Shown here in pieces: positions 1-9,894 of a DNA stretch of 64,000 nt (position 1 is the stretch's first letter; each line of letters begins with the position of its first letter). This DNA is from Nitrospirota bacterium (lineage in GTDB: Bacteria > Nitrospirota > UBA9217). The notes under the pieces are model-generated. The model saw only the letters and a list, made by a program, of their open reading frames with translations, did not search any database and had not been told where the DNA came from. A program made the translations under genes and the position numbers. The stretch spans positions 1-64,000 of the forward strand of contig CAVVOB010000019.1 of the NCBI GenBank assembly GCA_963749655.1. The letters are read 5' to 3'.

Positions 1-65
1 TAGCCCGACAAGCATGTACTTTATAATTGAAATAACTGATAATTCTCCATCATGGGTGAACCGGC

Positions 66-1499
66 ATGAACGTAACTCTCATTAATCCGCCATTAAATAT
101 GAGCAGTCGACGATGGTTTCCGCTTGGAATCGGATATATTGCAGCTGTTTTGCAGCAAAACGGCTTCCAGGTGGAAATTATAGACTGTATCGGAGACAAC
201 ATCTCAAGAAAGAATTTTTTGGAAAGAATCCGAAAGGTCAAATCACACTGTTTCGGAATCGGAGGGATTGTCACTGCATTCTCCAGCGTTGTCGATATCG
301 CGAAGTACATTAGAGAAGCTCATCCCGATGCATTTATCTTCGCCGGAAATACCGTTGCTTATACCATCCCTGAAATCCTGTTGCATCATACCTCTATCAA
401 TGCTGTTGTCTGCGGCGAAGGTGAACTTACCACTCTCGACCTGGTGACTGCGGTAAATGAAGGAAGACAACTAGCTTCTGTTCCTGGAATTATCTTCAAG
501 GATGCGGGAGGGGGTATACGGACCAACCCATCGAGGGCCCCGATTCCAGATATAGACACGTTACCTTATCCTGCCTGGGAGCTCATGCCGATAAGTAACT
601 ATTTCAAGAATACACGTCACCGGTACTGCGTTATTTCGACTGTTCGAGGCTGCCCCTATCAATGCACATATTGCTGCAGAACTTTCCTGAATTACAAAGT
701 AAGATACCGGAGCGCTCACTCAATATTTGAAGAACTTCTGGAATTCCACAAGCAATACGATATTTCCACTTTTTACTTTTTCGATGATCTATCGACGATC
801 AATAAGAAAAGGATGATAGATTTTTGCGAGTTGAAAATGAAAAGCAAACTCGCTCACATGAACTGGACTATTTCTGCCCGAGTCAATCTTGTAGATGACG
901 AGCTCATCCAGGCTCTTAAATATGCAAAATGCACTGACATAGCGTTTGGGATAGAGTCTTTCGATCAGGGGATACTCGATTCTATTAACAAGAACATTGA
1001 TTTAGCACAAATTGAAGGTGCCTTGAAACTCTGTGAGAAATTCGGAATGAACTATAGCGGCAGTTCATTCATGATAGGAGCCGTTGATGAGACTTCAGAG
1101 ACCGTCAGAAAAACTAGCGACTTTTGCAGGAAACATAATTTGCGATACGAACCGCACTTTATGACGCCTTTCCCCGGCACCCTGCTATACGAATACGCCC
1201 TTCGGAACGGGATAATCAAAAACGAGCTGGAATATCTGCAGGAATTGTCACTTCAGGGGAACACGAATTATTTATTAGTGAATCTTACAAAATTGCTGAG
1301 CGATGATGATTTGGTGAGGCTGAGAAATGAGAACTTGTTTTTCCCAAAGCGCCCCAAAAACGTACTCGAGAAAATAATGACATTAATTCAAAATCCGCAA
1401 AAAATAGGCGAATTCGCATTCCACATTCTCCATCTTATCAAATCCGGATCATTCTATTATCGAGGATCATTCGAACGATTCAGCAATATATGGGAGTAA
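66..1499 (+). CDS. B12-binding domain radical SAM protein (class B methyltransferase-like)
   Basis: N-terminal cobalamin-binding signature (INPP...PLGIGYIAAVL); CxxxCxxC motif RGCPYQCTYC; FFDD and FGIES motifs. Confidence 0.9.
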   Translation: MNVTLINPPLNMSSRRWFPLGIGYIAAVLQQNGFQVEIIDCIGDNISRKNFLERIRKVKSHCFGIGGIVTAFSSVVDIAKYIREAHPDAFIFAGNTVAYTIPEILLHHTSINAVVCGEGELTTLDLVTAVNEGRQLASVPGIIFKDAGGGIRTNPSRAPIPDIDTLPYPAWELMPISNYFKNTRHRYCVISTVRGCPYQCTYCCRTFLNYKVRYRSAHSIFEELLEFHKQYDISTFYFFDDLSTINKKRMIDFCELKMKSKLAHMNWTISARVNLVDDELIQALKYAKCTDIAFGIESFDQGILDSINKNIDLAQIEGALKLCEKFGMNYSGSSFMIGAVDETSETVRKTSDFCRKHNLRYEPHFMTPFPGTLLYEYALRNGIIKNELEYLQELSLQGNTNYLLVNLTKLLSDDDLVRLRNENLFFPKRPKNVLEKIMTLIQNPQKIGEFAFHILHLIKSGSFYYRGSFERFSNIWE

Positions 1500-1565
1500 T
1501 TTATTGTTTCTTACAGAACGATGACGATAAAAATTGACGCAAATTTTTGTGTGGAATATTAAGCG

Positions 1566-3176
1566 ATGAAATTGAGCCCTAAACGATATGTCGATCGCAT
1601 AGCAGATCTGATTTTCACCGTCCCATATTCGGTGGATACTTACCTCTTTTTTTGCGATGCTTTTCGTATTTCCCCGATATATGATTCCTGCTGGCGACAT
1701 CTTGACCAATGGTTGAAGGAACTGGACAAGTCGCTGGATGGAAAATCAGCATCGAGCGAGCGTGTTCTTTTTATCAGCACAGATCAATTCTGGACAAACT
1801 ATCTCTGCGCTGTCGCAGTACTCATTGCAGGCCGGAATGCCAGCGTCGATTTCGCTTGGATTCATCGGAATGCTCCTTCAACGAACCAACCGTACAAGTC
1901 TTTTGACCACTGGCAGCGACTCTCCGTAAATGCGGTCCGTTCAACGAAACATCGCCTGATTTCTTTATATGATTTAACTGCCATCCCATATGCAGCTGCC
2001 GACGACAAAATGAACGAAATGGCAGAGCAACAGGCAATAATGGATGTGAGCTATCTTTTGCAAAAAGAACGAATTGACACCATTGCTGATAAGAAAGCTC
2101 GCCTGCTTCTCGAAGAACGGAAAAAAGAGAACCGTGATGCGATTTCAAGAGTTGCGACATTTATAAAAAATCGATCTTATGACCGGGTGGTATTGTCAAG
2201 CGGCGGCATCCTGGAACCGGGGGCAATCTATCGTTATTTAAGTTCGTGTGGCATTCCTGTTTCCACACTCGAAACATGCGATGTGAACGGAAAGATGTGG
2301 GCTTCCGACAATGGACCTGTTGTCGCGATGAACACATCGAACTTATGGGTCTCTGATGAACCTCATATTCTGTCTGAACAGCGTAAGCAGCGTGTCCAGA
2401 AGATTATCGAAGCCCGTCAAAGCCCGTCGAACAAGCAGCTGTTAGTCGAATATCAACGAACTGTTCTTGGAAAACCTGATGAGATCCGATCACAACTTGG
2501 GCTGGATGCGCGTAAGCCGGTCGTCCTGATGTGTCCGAATGTCCCGTTCGATGCCATTTTCTATATGGGCGGGAAAAATATTTTTACCGGTATGTGGGAT
2601 TGGCTGATCAAAACGATCAGTTACATCAAGGAAAGAAAGGATTGCCAGTTTGTTATACGCTGTCATCCGGGAGAGCCGCATTATAAAACAGAAGAGACGA
2701 CGGAGAGGCTTATTGCCGAGCATTTTAAGGAATTGCCTGCCCACATAAAAATCGTGCCTCCGCGCGCCGCGATAAACACTTACGCGATTATGCAGATTAC
2801 CGATGTGGGAATCGTGTACGCATCAACAACAGGACTGGAAATGGCGATTCGCGGAATTCCCGTCGTTTGCGGCAATCCGGTTCAGCACTATAATAGAAAG
2901 GGTTTTACGATTGATCCGGGAACCAGGGAAGAATATGACAATCAGATTGACGGACTGCTCACTGATCCTCATGCAGGGCGCTTGACTGAACGCCAAGTTG
3001 AACTTGCCTGGTGTTATGCCGATTTATACTTTAATAAATGGTATCTGCCTTTTCCCTGGCACGTCATGTCACTTTGGAAAAACTTAAAGACATGGCCGAT
3101 GAAACGCATGCTTGCAGAGGAGGGAAAAGCTTTGTACGGTGAACTTCTGGATAGACTGTCCGGAAAGGCCACATAA
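1566..3176 (+). CDS. capsule polysaccharide biosynthesis/modification protein (KpsS-like GT-B fold)
   Basis: C-terminal IRCHPGE...INTY...YASTTGLEMAIRGIPVV pattern typical of KpsS/capsule_synth-like proteins; polysaccharide context. Confidence 0.6.
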   Translation: MKLSPKRYVDRIADLIFTVPYSVDTYLFFCDAFRISPIYDSCWRHLDQWLKELDKSLDGKSASSERVLFISTDQFWTNYLCAVAVLIAGRNASVDFAWIHRNAPSTNQPYKSFDHWQRLSVNAVRSTKHRLISLYDLTAIPYAAADDKMNEMAEQQAIMDVSYLLQKERIDTIADKKARLLLEERKKENRDAISRVATFIKNRSYDRVVLSSGGILEPGAIYRYLSSCGIPVSTLETCDVNGKMWASDNGPVVAMNTSNLWVSDEPHILSEQRKQRVQKIIEARQSPSNKQLLVEYQRTVLGKPDEIRSQLGLDARKPVVLMCPNVPFDAIFYMGGKNIFTGMWDWLIKTISYIKERKDCQFVIRCHPGEPHYKTEETTERLIAEHFKELPAHIKIVPPRAAINTYAIMQITDVGIVYASTTGLEMAIRGIPVVCGNPVQHYNRKGFTIDPGTREEYDNQIDGLLTDPHAGRLTERQVELAWCYADLYFNKWYLPFPWHVMSLWKNLKTWPMKRMLAEEGKALYGELLDRLSGKAT

Positions 3177-3177
3177 A

Positions 3178-4272
3178 ATGATGGCTCTCATGACACGAAT
3201 CGAGGCATTAAAATTTCTGGACGCGTGTGTGGGGCGTACACTTATATCAGTGCATTCTCCGCCCTATTATGATAGCAGTCATACCCGGAGAAATGCGGTT
3301 CTCCTTATCCGCCCAGGCGGAATCGGTGATGCGGTGCTATTGATTCCGGCAATTACGGCACTAAAAAGAAAATATCCTGAAGCAGTCATTGATCTCCTAT
3401 CGGAAAAACGCAATGCGGCGGTTTTTTCACTATGCCCCGACATTAATACCGTTTATCACTACGACAGACCAAGGGAGCTTCTGTCGGTTCTTCGTCGCAC
3501 TTACGACGTCGTCATCGATACCGAACAATGGCACCGGATGTCCGCCGTGGTTTCCCGGATGACTCGGACGCCCATGTCGATCGGTTTTTCAACCAACGAA
3601 CGCAGAAAGATGTTCAGCCATCCGGTACCTTATGAACAGGACCAGTACGAGGTTGACAGTTTCTTTAACTTGATACGCGTCTTAAGGTGCGGATCTGAAG
3701 GTGCGACCGAGAAACCCTTCCTGTCGGTACCTGAGCGGTATCAGCAAAAAGTGTCGGAACAACTGTCAGACATTGTAAAAAAAGAATTCATAGCAATATT
3801 TCCCGGGAGCAGCATCTTGGAAAGACGCTGGGGAAACGAGCGCTTTCACGAAGCAGCCATTCGACTCGCTTCGCTCGGCTATCGCATCGTGGTTGTCGGC
3901 GGCGGAAACGATGTCAGGGCAGGGGAGGAAGTTATTCACGATGTTCCTAATGCCATTACGCTGTGCGGCCGTTTGTCGCTTCCCGAAACAGCGGCAGTGC
4001 TGCAGCAAACGTCGCTTCTCATCACGGGAGACTCCGGCATCATGCACATCGCCTGCGGATTGGGAGTCAAGCTTGTTGCATTATTCGGGCCCGGGAGAGA
4101 GAAAAAATGGGCGCCGCGAGGACAGAACTGCATCGTGATCAACAAGAACCTGCCCTGCAGCCCCTGCACGACCTTTGGCTATACGCGGAGATGCAGAAAA
4201 GATGCCGAATGCATGCGTGCCATAACAGTCGAAGAGGTGATTAAGGCGTCATTTGATCTGTTGAAGAGATAA
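3178..4272 (+). CDS. glycosyltransferase family 9 (heptosyltransferase-like)
   Basis: IRPGGIGD, ITGDSGIMHIA, VALFGP and CSPC motifs; ATG at 3178 directly after the upstream stop. Confidence 0.9.
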   Translation: MMALMTRIEALKFLDACVGRTLISVHSPPYYDSSHTRRNAVLLIRPGGIGDAVLLIPAITALKRKYPEAVIDLLSEKRNAAVFSLCPDINTVYHYDRPRELLSVLRRTYDVVIDTEQWHRMSAVVSRMTRTPMSIGFSTNERRKMFSHPVPYEQDQYEVDSFFNLIRVLRCGSEGATEKPFLSVPERYQQKVSEQLSDIVKKEFIAIFPGSSILERRWGNERFHEAAIRLASLGYRIVVVGGGNDVRAGEEVIHDVPNAITLCGRLSLPETAAVLQQTSLLITGDSGIMHIACGLGVKLVALFGPGREKKWAPRGQNCIVINKNLPCSPCTTFGYTRRCRKDAECMRAITVEEVIKASFDLLKR

Positions 4273-4274
4273 TC

Positions 4275-4721
4275 CTATTTGCTCCGCCGCTCCTCATGTC
4301 TGATATCGAGCTTCTTCAACTGCTCGATGCTTCTGTTCAATCGTTCGTTTTCCTTCCGGAGTTCCAGCAGCGTTTTCAGCGTAACGCGCCAATTTTCGGC
4401 ATCCGGCGCATACACATGACCGGGATAGCGCTTAAGAAATTCCTCGAACAGGGAAAGCGCCTGTGCATAATCTTTCTGGGGGTTGTCATAAAACACCTGA
4501 AGACGGGCTGCTTCAAACAGTGCATCACCGGACTTCGGGGTCGAGGGTGTTAGAAGCGAAATTTTACGGAATGCCGCGATGGCTTCGGCATACTTCTTCT
4601 CTTTTGCCAGGGCCGTGGCGTTCTGATACTCAGCCTCCTGCTGCGTCGGGACGTTGATCGAAGACGCCGGATGAATGCACCCTGCAAGCAGCAGCACACT
4701 CAGCGCAATGACCCTCTTCAT
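4275..4721 (-). CDS. TPR-containing lipoprotein with C-terminal coiled coil (BamD/QseG-like)
   Basis: Lipobox LLAGC; TPR-like helices (EYQNATAL...ALFEAARL...FLKRYP); coiled-coil tail ending IEQLKKLDIRHEERR; 4-bp overlap with the upstream cyclase. Confidence 0.7.
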   Translation of the reverse strand: MKRVIALSVLLLAGCIHPASSINVPTQQEAEYQNATALAKEKKYAEAIAAFRKISLLTPSTPKSGDALFEAARLQVFYDNPQKDYAQALSLFEEFLKRYPGHVYAPDAENWRVTLKTLLELRKENERLNRSIEQLKKLDIRHEERRSK

Positions 4722-6019
4722 GCATTTCTCCTCTTATCGACGACATATACGCTCTTGGGGATGGTCTTGGCGTAATCCTTGAGTTCGGCCGCGATTTCGG
4801 AGGCTTCCAGCGCACTCGTCAGCCTCCGGCGCTCGTTCGTCACGATAGCGATCGTAATGGTCATGATGGGGAACTGCATTTCCACGCCCTGCCTCGTCTT
4901 TCCGAGGATGTAGCCCTGTTTCCGGTCGTGTTCATCATAAAACGAAGGGATGCGCCTATCGAATTGAGTGATGACTTCACTCGCGACCTCCCGCATACGG
5001 TCCGGAGTCGTGATCACGACGAAATCGTCACCGCCCACGTGACCGATGAAATCATCGAGTGCTCCCTTTGCTTTTACCGCCTGCTCTACAATCCGTGCGG
5101 ATTCCTTGATGACCTCGCTGCCGTTCGCGTAACCGTAACGGTCGTTGAATGCTTTGAAATTGTCGAGATCGAGAACGCAGAAGGCAAGGGGATTGCCGGA
5201 ATCGATGCGCTTTTTCAAAACATTTTCAATAGCGATGCCTCCCGGCAGACGCGTAAGAGGGCTGGCATCGAGATACATTTCCTCGAGTTTCCTGAGACGT
5301 CCGCCCATGGCGAGAAAGGATTCGGACAAGGCGCCGATTTCATCATTGGACTTGATATGAGGGTCGTAATCGAAATCGCCTTCGGCTATGTGCTCCGTGG
5401 CCTCTTTGAGTTTGTGGAGGGAAGATGCGATATGGTGCGTGACGACCAGGCCGGACAGCGCCCCGATAATGATACTGAAGAGGCAGAGCAATGCGGTCGT
5501 GAGGAACGCCGTGCCGCCCGTGTGGCTGATCTGGCGCATTTTCGAATCCTGGGCAGCCTTTGCGTTCAGGGAAAGTTCGCGGAGGGAATCGGCAAGCCTG
5601 TCCAGCGTCCGTTTCACTGCGCCATTCGAAAGAACTGCCGCTTTTTGCACATTTCCGGAACGGATCAGTTCTAACTCGCGCTTGACGACCTCCGAGTACT
5701 GTGCGCGCCGCGTCTCAATGTCCGAGATGGGAATGCCCGTTCCCTCCGGCAGTTTCTTGAGGCCCTCGAGCAAGGAATCGAATTCCGCACCGCGCTTTAC
5801 GAACAGCTGATGCATATCGCGGCTTCTGAGAATCAGATACCTTTTTTCATACATGTCCTGCGCGAGCAGGGCATCAAGCATCTTGTCGCCGGCTTCTTCA
5901 ACGGCGATGTCGACTTTGATGATGCTCCGGTTCAGCTTGTTGATCTTCTGCAGGCTGACCAGCGCATACACGACAACGACGACCGTGAGCACAACAAGGG
6001 CCGTATAACCCAGGAGCAT
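4718..6019 (-). CDS. membrane diguanylate cyclase (TM-periplasmic-TM-HAMP-GGDEF)
   Basis: Two TM helices; HAMP (LHKLKEATEHIAEGDF...DEIGALSESF); DASPLTRLPG, DLDNFKAFNDRYG and GHVGGDDF motifs. Start uncertain: ATG at 6019 or up to ~6100. Confidence 0.88.
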   Translation of the reverse strand: MLLGYTALVVLTVVVVVYALVSLQKINKLNRSIIKVDIAVEEAGDKMLDALLAQDMYEKRYLILRSRDMHQLFVKRGAEFDSLLEGLKKLPEGTGIPISDIETRRAQYSEVVKRELELIRSGNVQKAAVLSNGAVKRTLDRLADSLRELSLNAKAAQDSKMRQISHTGGTAFLTTALLCLFSIIIGALSGLVVTHHIASSLHKLKEATEHIAEGDFDYDPHIKSNDEIGALSESFLAMGGRLRKLEEMYLDASPLTRLPGGIAIENVLKKRIDSGNPLAFCVLDLDNFKAFNDRYGYANGSEVIKESARIVEQAVKAKGALDDFIGHVGGDDFVVITTPDRMREVASEVITQFDRRIPSFYDEHDRKQGYILGKTRQGVEMQFPIMTITIAIVTNERRRLTSALEASEIAAELKDYAKTIPKSVYVVDKRRNA

Positions 6020-6127
6020 TTTGCTGGCAATATTGAGCCGTGCAAAAAGCGAGGTGGGAACCAGCCGGTCCAGCAGCCGCGGCGTCGACGATACGTCAAT
6101 GTTTAATTGCCGAAATCCCACAATGCA

Positions 6128-6156
6128 AGAGTAACAAACAATAGGGGGGTTGTCAA
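6128..6156 (-). promoter_or_regulatory. sigma70-like promoter for the diguanylate cyclase
   Basis: TTGACA-17 nt-TACTCT on the minus strand, overlapping the PBP1A stop codon. Confidence 0.5.
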
Positions 6157-8180
6157 TGAATTTGGGGGGTTGGAGGGGCTTCATCCGGTATCGGCTGCTC
6201 TTCAAAACCGGCCATGGTTTCATCGCACAAAGAGTGCGGTTCCGTCCCGGGCAAAAACGCTTCACGGATGGACACCCTGCATTGTTCCGAACTGAGCAGA
6301 CCGGACCGGGGATCGACCTGTTTGAACACGATTCCATCGGGCGGCCTGAAATCCTCAGCCGGCACGTCGGTATGCGCTTTTTTCATGAATTCAAGCCAGA
6401 TCGGCAGTGCCGATCGGCTGCCTGTTTCCCGCGGTCCTATACTCTGCTGGTTGTCGTAGCCGACCCAGACTCCGGCAACAAGATGAGGCGTGTAGCCGAC
6501 GAACCATGCGTCTCGGTAGTCGTTCGTCGTCCCGGTCTTGCCTGCGACAGGCCTGCCCAGTTCCCGCGCGTGCCATGCCGTGCCGTCTTCAACGACGCCT
6601 TTCAGGAGGTACGTCGTGAGATAAGCTGTCTCGGGAGTGATGACCTGCACTGGGGCGCTGTCGTTCGTGTAGAGCACCCTGCCTGCGCTGTCGGTAATCG
6701 TGAGGATCGACACCGGTCCCAGCCGGACCCCATGGTTGTCGAAAACAGCGTACGCTGCCGTTAACTCGGATAGAGTAACATCCGAACTGCCCAGCGCCAG
6801 CGACAGATAGCGGGTAAGAGGACTGCGGATGCCCAGCTTCCGGGCGCATTGCGCCACCGCGTCGACACCGATTCTTTCGAGCAGCCTGACGCTCGGGACA
6901 TTCAGCGATTGCGCCAGCGCCCTGCGAAGGGTGACCTGTCCCTGGTAGGTGCGGGTAAAATTTTCCGGGCTCCAGTTTTTGTTCTTGTCCACTTTGATAA
7001 CGAGAGGGGAGTCGTCAAGGAGGTCCGAGGGCCCGATTCCCTTTGCGAGCGCAGCCGCGTAAACGATCGGCTTAAAAGCCGATCCTGGCTGGCGAAGAGC
7101 CTGCGACACCCGGTTGAACTGGCTTTTCCCGAAATCGCGGCCTCCGACCATGGCGCGAATACGGCCGGTGGCCGGATCAATGGCAATGAGCGCTCCCTGG
7201 AGAGGCCCCTTTTCTTTTGTCGTCCGGCGGGATTCGATCTTTTCCAGACCGGAGACGACGGCATACTCGGCAAATCCCTGGAGCTCGTCGTTGATGCTTG
7301 TATAGATATTAAGCCCGCCTGAATAAAGGATGCTCGATCCGAACCGTTCCTCGACCGTCTGCCGGACATATTCGACGAAATAGGGGGCGGGGCCGCCGAT
7401 TTTTGCAGCAGGCTGGACCGGCAGGGGGGTTTTCTGGGCCTCTTCGGACTGGAGGGTGGTGATGACCCCCATGGCGACCATCCGTCCCAGGACGTAGTTC
7501 CTCCGTCGGCGTGCGCTTTCCGGAGACTTGAACGGAGAGTAGTACTTCGGCGATCTGGGCAGCCCGGCGAGAAGGGCACATTCGGCGACATTCAGGTCTC
7601 TCGCCTTTTTCCCAAAATAAATCTGGGCAGCCGCTTCCACGCCGTAGGCCCCGTTGCCGAAATATATCTGGTTCAGGTAGAGCGAAAGGATCTCATCTTT
7701 CGTGTAGCGCTGCTCTATCCTGAGCGCGAGGGCCATTTCTTTGAGCTTGCGGAGGTAGCTTTTTTCAGGCGTGAGAAAAAGCACTTTGGCGAGCTGCTGC
7801 GTCAGCGTGCTGCCGCCCTCCATGACTTTGCGTGCGCGGACGTTACGGTACAGCGCACGGGCAATGCCGTGGAAATCGATCCCGGGATGGCTGTAAAATC
7901 GGGTGTCCTCGGTTGCAATGAGGGCATTGATGAGATATTCCGGCACGTCGCTCAGAGGGACCGGCGTCCGGTTCTCCACGAAGAATTCAGCAAGCAGTCT
8001 GTTGTCGTCGGAATATACCCGGGAAGTAATGCTCGGCCGGTATTGTTCGAGCGTCTGGACTTCAGGCAGGTCCCATGCAACAAAGATGACATATCCCGAC
8101 GTACCGCCGATCAGCACCGCGGTGACGATCAGAAAAAGCAGGAACAGGACAGAAAATTTTCTTTCCGGCATGGTGCTCAT
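6153..8180 (-). CDS. mrcA: penicillin-binding protein 1A (bifunctional transglycosylase/transpeptidase)
   Basis: EDTRFYSHPG, GGSTLTQQLAK, RKLKE, YLNQIYFG, RQPGSAFKP, SLN and GKTGTT motifs. Confidence 0.95.
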   Translation of the reverse strand: MSTMPERKFSVLFLLFLIVTAVLIGGTSGYVIFVAWDLPEVQTLEQYRPSITSRVYSDDNRLLAEFFVENRTPVPLSDVPEYLINALIATEDTRFYSHPGIDFHGIARALYRNVRARKVMEGGSTLTQQLAKVLFLTPEKSYLRKLKEMALALRIEQRYTKDEILSLYLNQIYFGNGAYGVEAAAQIYFGKKARDLNVAECALLAGLPRSPKYYSPFKSPESARRRRNYVLGRMVAMGVITTLQSEEAQKTPLPVQPAAKIGGPAPYFVEYVRQTVEERFGSSILYSGGLNIYTSINDELQGFAEYAVVSGLEKIESRRTTKEKGPLQGALIAIDPATGRIRAMVGGRDFGKSQFNRVSQALRQPGSAFKPIVYAAALAKGIGPSDLLDDSPLVIKVDKNKNWSPENFTRTYQGQVTLRRALAQSLNVPSVRLLERIGVDAVAQCARKLGIRSPLTRYLSLALGSSDVTLSELTAAYAVFDNHGVRLGPVSILTITDSAGRVLYTNDSAPVQVITPETAYLTTYLLKGVVEDGTAWHARELGRPVAGKTGTTNDYRDAWFVGYTPHLVAGVWVGYDNQQSIGPRETGSRSALPIWLEFMKKAHTDVPAEDFRPPDGIVFKQVDPRSGLLSSEQCRVSIREAFLPGTEPHSLCDETMAGFEEQPIPDEAPPTPQIH

Positions 8181-8305
8181 TATACATCGGACGATGCAGA
8201 AAAGTAAACTCCAACGACCCGCGAAAACCTCGAAAAATCGTTCCTTGAGTTTTCACCGTTGAGATGGTATGATCCGCCATTCCTGACGCAGGAGGGGAGT
8301 GGCAT

Positions 8306-8836
8306 CTGGACAAGGGGCTGATACTGGTATTTACCGGCGAGGGAAAAGGGAAGACGACCGCCGCGCTCGGGATTGCGCTCCGGGCGGCAGGCCACCGGAT
8401 GTACGTTTCTCTCATCCAGTTCATCAAGAACCGGACGGATGCCGGCGAGGCAAGGGCCGCAGAACGCCTGGCCCCTGAGATAGAGTTCATCTCTCTCGGC
8501 AGAGGCTTCGTCAACTGCTGCGGTGATGATCAGCCGCTGGACCTTCACCGCAAGGCCGCCCGTGAAGCCCTGGCCGTTTCCCGCCAGCGCATTCTCTCCG
8601 GGTCATGGGACGTCGTGATCCTCGATGAAATCAACACGGCGGTGGAGCTCGGATTGCTGGACGTCGAAGAGGTCCTCGAAATCATCGCTCACAAACCACG
8701 GAAGCTTCATCTCGTTCTCACCGGCCGCAATGCCCATCCCTCGATCATCGAAGCGGCCGATCTCGTGACGGACATGCGCAATCTCAAACATCCCTACGAA
8801 AACGGCATGCCCGCCAGGAAAGGCATAGATTATTGA
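8306..8836 (+). CDS. cobO: cob(I)yrinic acid a,c-diamide adenosyltransferase
   Basis: In-frame LDKGLILVFTGEGKGKTTAALG upstream of the ORF-track start; ILDEIN, LVLTGRNA and KHPY...GIDY motifs; probable CTG start after SD GGAGGGG. Confidence 0.9.
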   Translation: MDKGLILVFTGEGKGKTTAALGIALRAAGHRMYVSLIQFIKNRTDAGEARAAERLAPEIEFISLGRGFVNCCGDDQPLDLHRKAAREALAVSRQRILSGSWDVVILDEINTAVELGLLDVEEVLEIIAHKPRKLHLVLTGRNAHPSIIEAADLVTDMRNLKHPYENGMPARKGIDY

Positions 8837-8847
8837 CTGAAAGGAAA

Positions 8848-8876
8848 TTGACATCACTCGGTTAACATGCTAATAT
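8848..8876 (+). promoter_or_regulatory. sigma70 promoter of the phoH operon
   Basis: TTGACA-17 nt-TAATAT. Confidence 0.6.
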
Positions 8877-8919
8877 ACAACGAAGTTTACGGCCGGCGCA
8901 AGGCAGCCGTATCCCAGCA

Positions 8920-9894
8920 ATGAAAACATCCGCGGTAAGCCTGATCATAGAAAACGAACATTCACTGCCGAGTCTCTTCGGAGATGTGGATAAAAACCTC
9001 CGGCTCATCGAGCATACCTATGGTGTGACGCTCCACGCCCGGGGGAACCGGATAAAAATCGAAGGTACTGAGACCGCAGTTTCGCAGGTTGAACACCTTC
9101 TCAGACAGCTTGCCGACATGCTCGCGCAGGGTGTGCTCGTCGAGAAAGACGACGTGAACACCGCTATTCAGGCGTATTCCTCCAATCCCTCCGCTGCCTT
9201 AAAGGACATTTTCCAGAATTCCATCGCTGTCTCCGGCCGAAAGCGGCCCGTGTCGGCCAAGAACGAAACACAGCGCAAATATATTGAAGCGATCAGACGC
9301 TACGATGTCGTGTTCGGCATCGGACCGGCCGGGACGGGCAAAACATACCTGGCCATGGCCACGGCTGTTTCGGCGCTCCTCAAACGGGAAGTGAGCAGGA
9401 TTATTCTCGTTCGCCCCGCGGTCGAAGCAGGAGAAAAACTGGGTTTCCTGCCCGGCGACCTGTACGAAAAGGTGAATCCCTACCTGCGCCCCCTCTATGA
9501 CGCTCTCTACGATATGATCGAGACGGAAAAAGCGAACAAACTCGTGGAGCGGGGAGATATAGAAATCGCGCCGCTCGCGTTCATGCGCGGTCGGACGCTG
9601 AACGACTCTTTTATCATCCTCGACGAGGCCCAGAATACGACGACAGAGCAGATGAAGATGTTTCTCACCCGTCTCGGCTTCAATTCGAAGACGGTCATTA
9701 CCGGAGACATCACCCAGATCGACCTCCCGAGCGGGCGCAATTCCGGCCTCATCGAAGTCCAGAAGATCCTGGAAAACATCGAAGGCATCCAATTCGTCTA
9801 CTTTACGAACCGCGACGTGGTCAGGCACAAATTGGTCCAGCAGATCATCAAGGCGTACGAGCGGCACGAGGCTAGTGATGACAAGCAAAAATGA
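8920..9894 (+). CDS. phoH: PhoH family ATPase (PhoH/YbeZ)
   Basis: [40 protein letters not shown] and VVRH motifs. Confidence 0.95.
   Translation: MKTSAVSLIIENEHSLPSLFGDVDKNLRLIEHTYGVTLHARGNRIKIEGTETAVSQVEHLLRQLADMLAQGVLVEKDDVNTAIQAYSSNPSAALKDIFQNSIAVSGRKRPVSAKNETQRKYIEAIRRYDVVFGIGPAGTGKTYLAMATAVSALLKREVSRIILVRPAVEAGEKLGFLPGDLYEKVNPYLRPLYDALYDMIETEKANKLVERGDIEIAPLAFMRGRTLNDSFIILDEAQNTTTEQMKMFLTRLGFNSKTVITGDITQIDLPSGRNSGLIEVQKILENIEGIQFVYFTNRDVVRHKLVQQIIKAYERHEASDDKQK

Noticed and set aside
6020-6337. Long N-terminal extension of the diguanylate cyclase in the ORF track
   Set aside because: It overlaps PBP1A by ~185 bp and a candidate promoter lies at 6128-6156; the true start is at or below ~6100.
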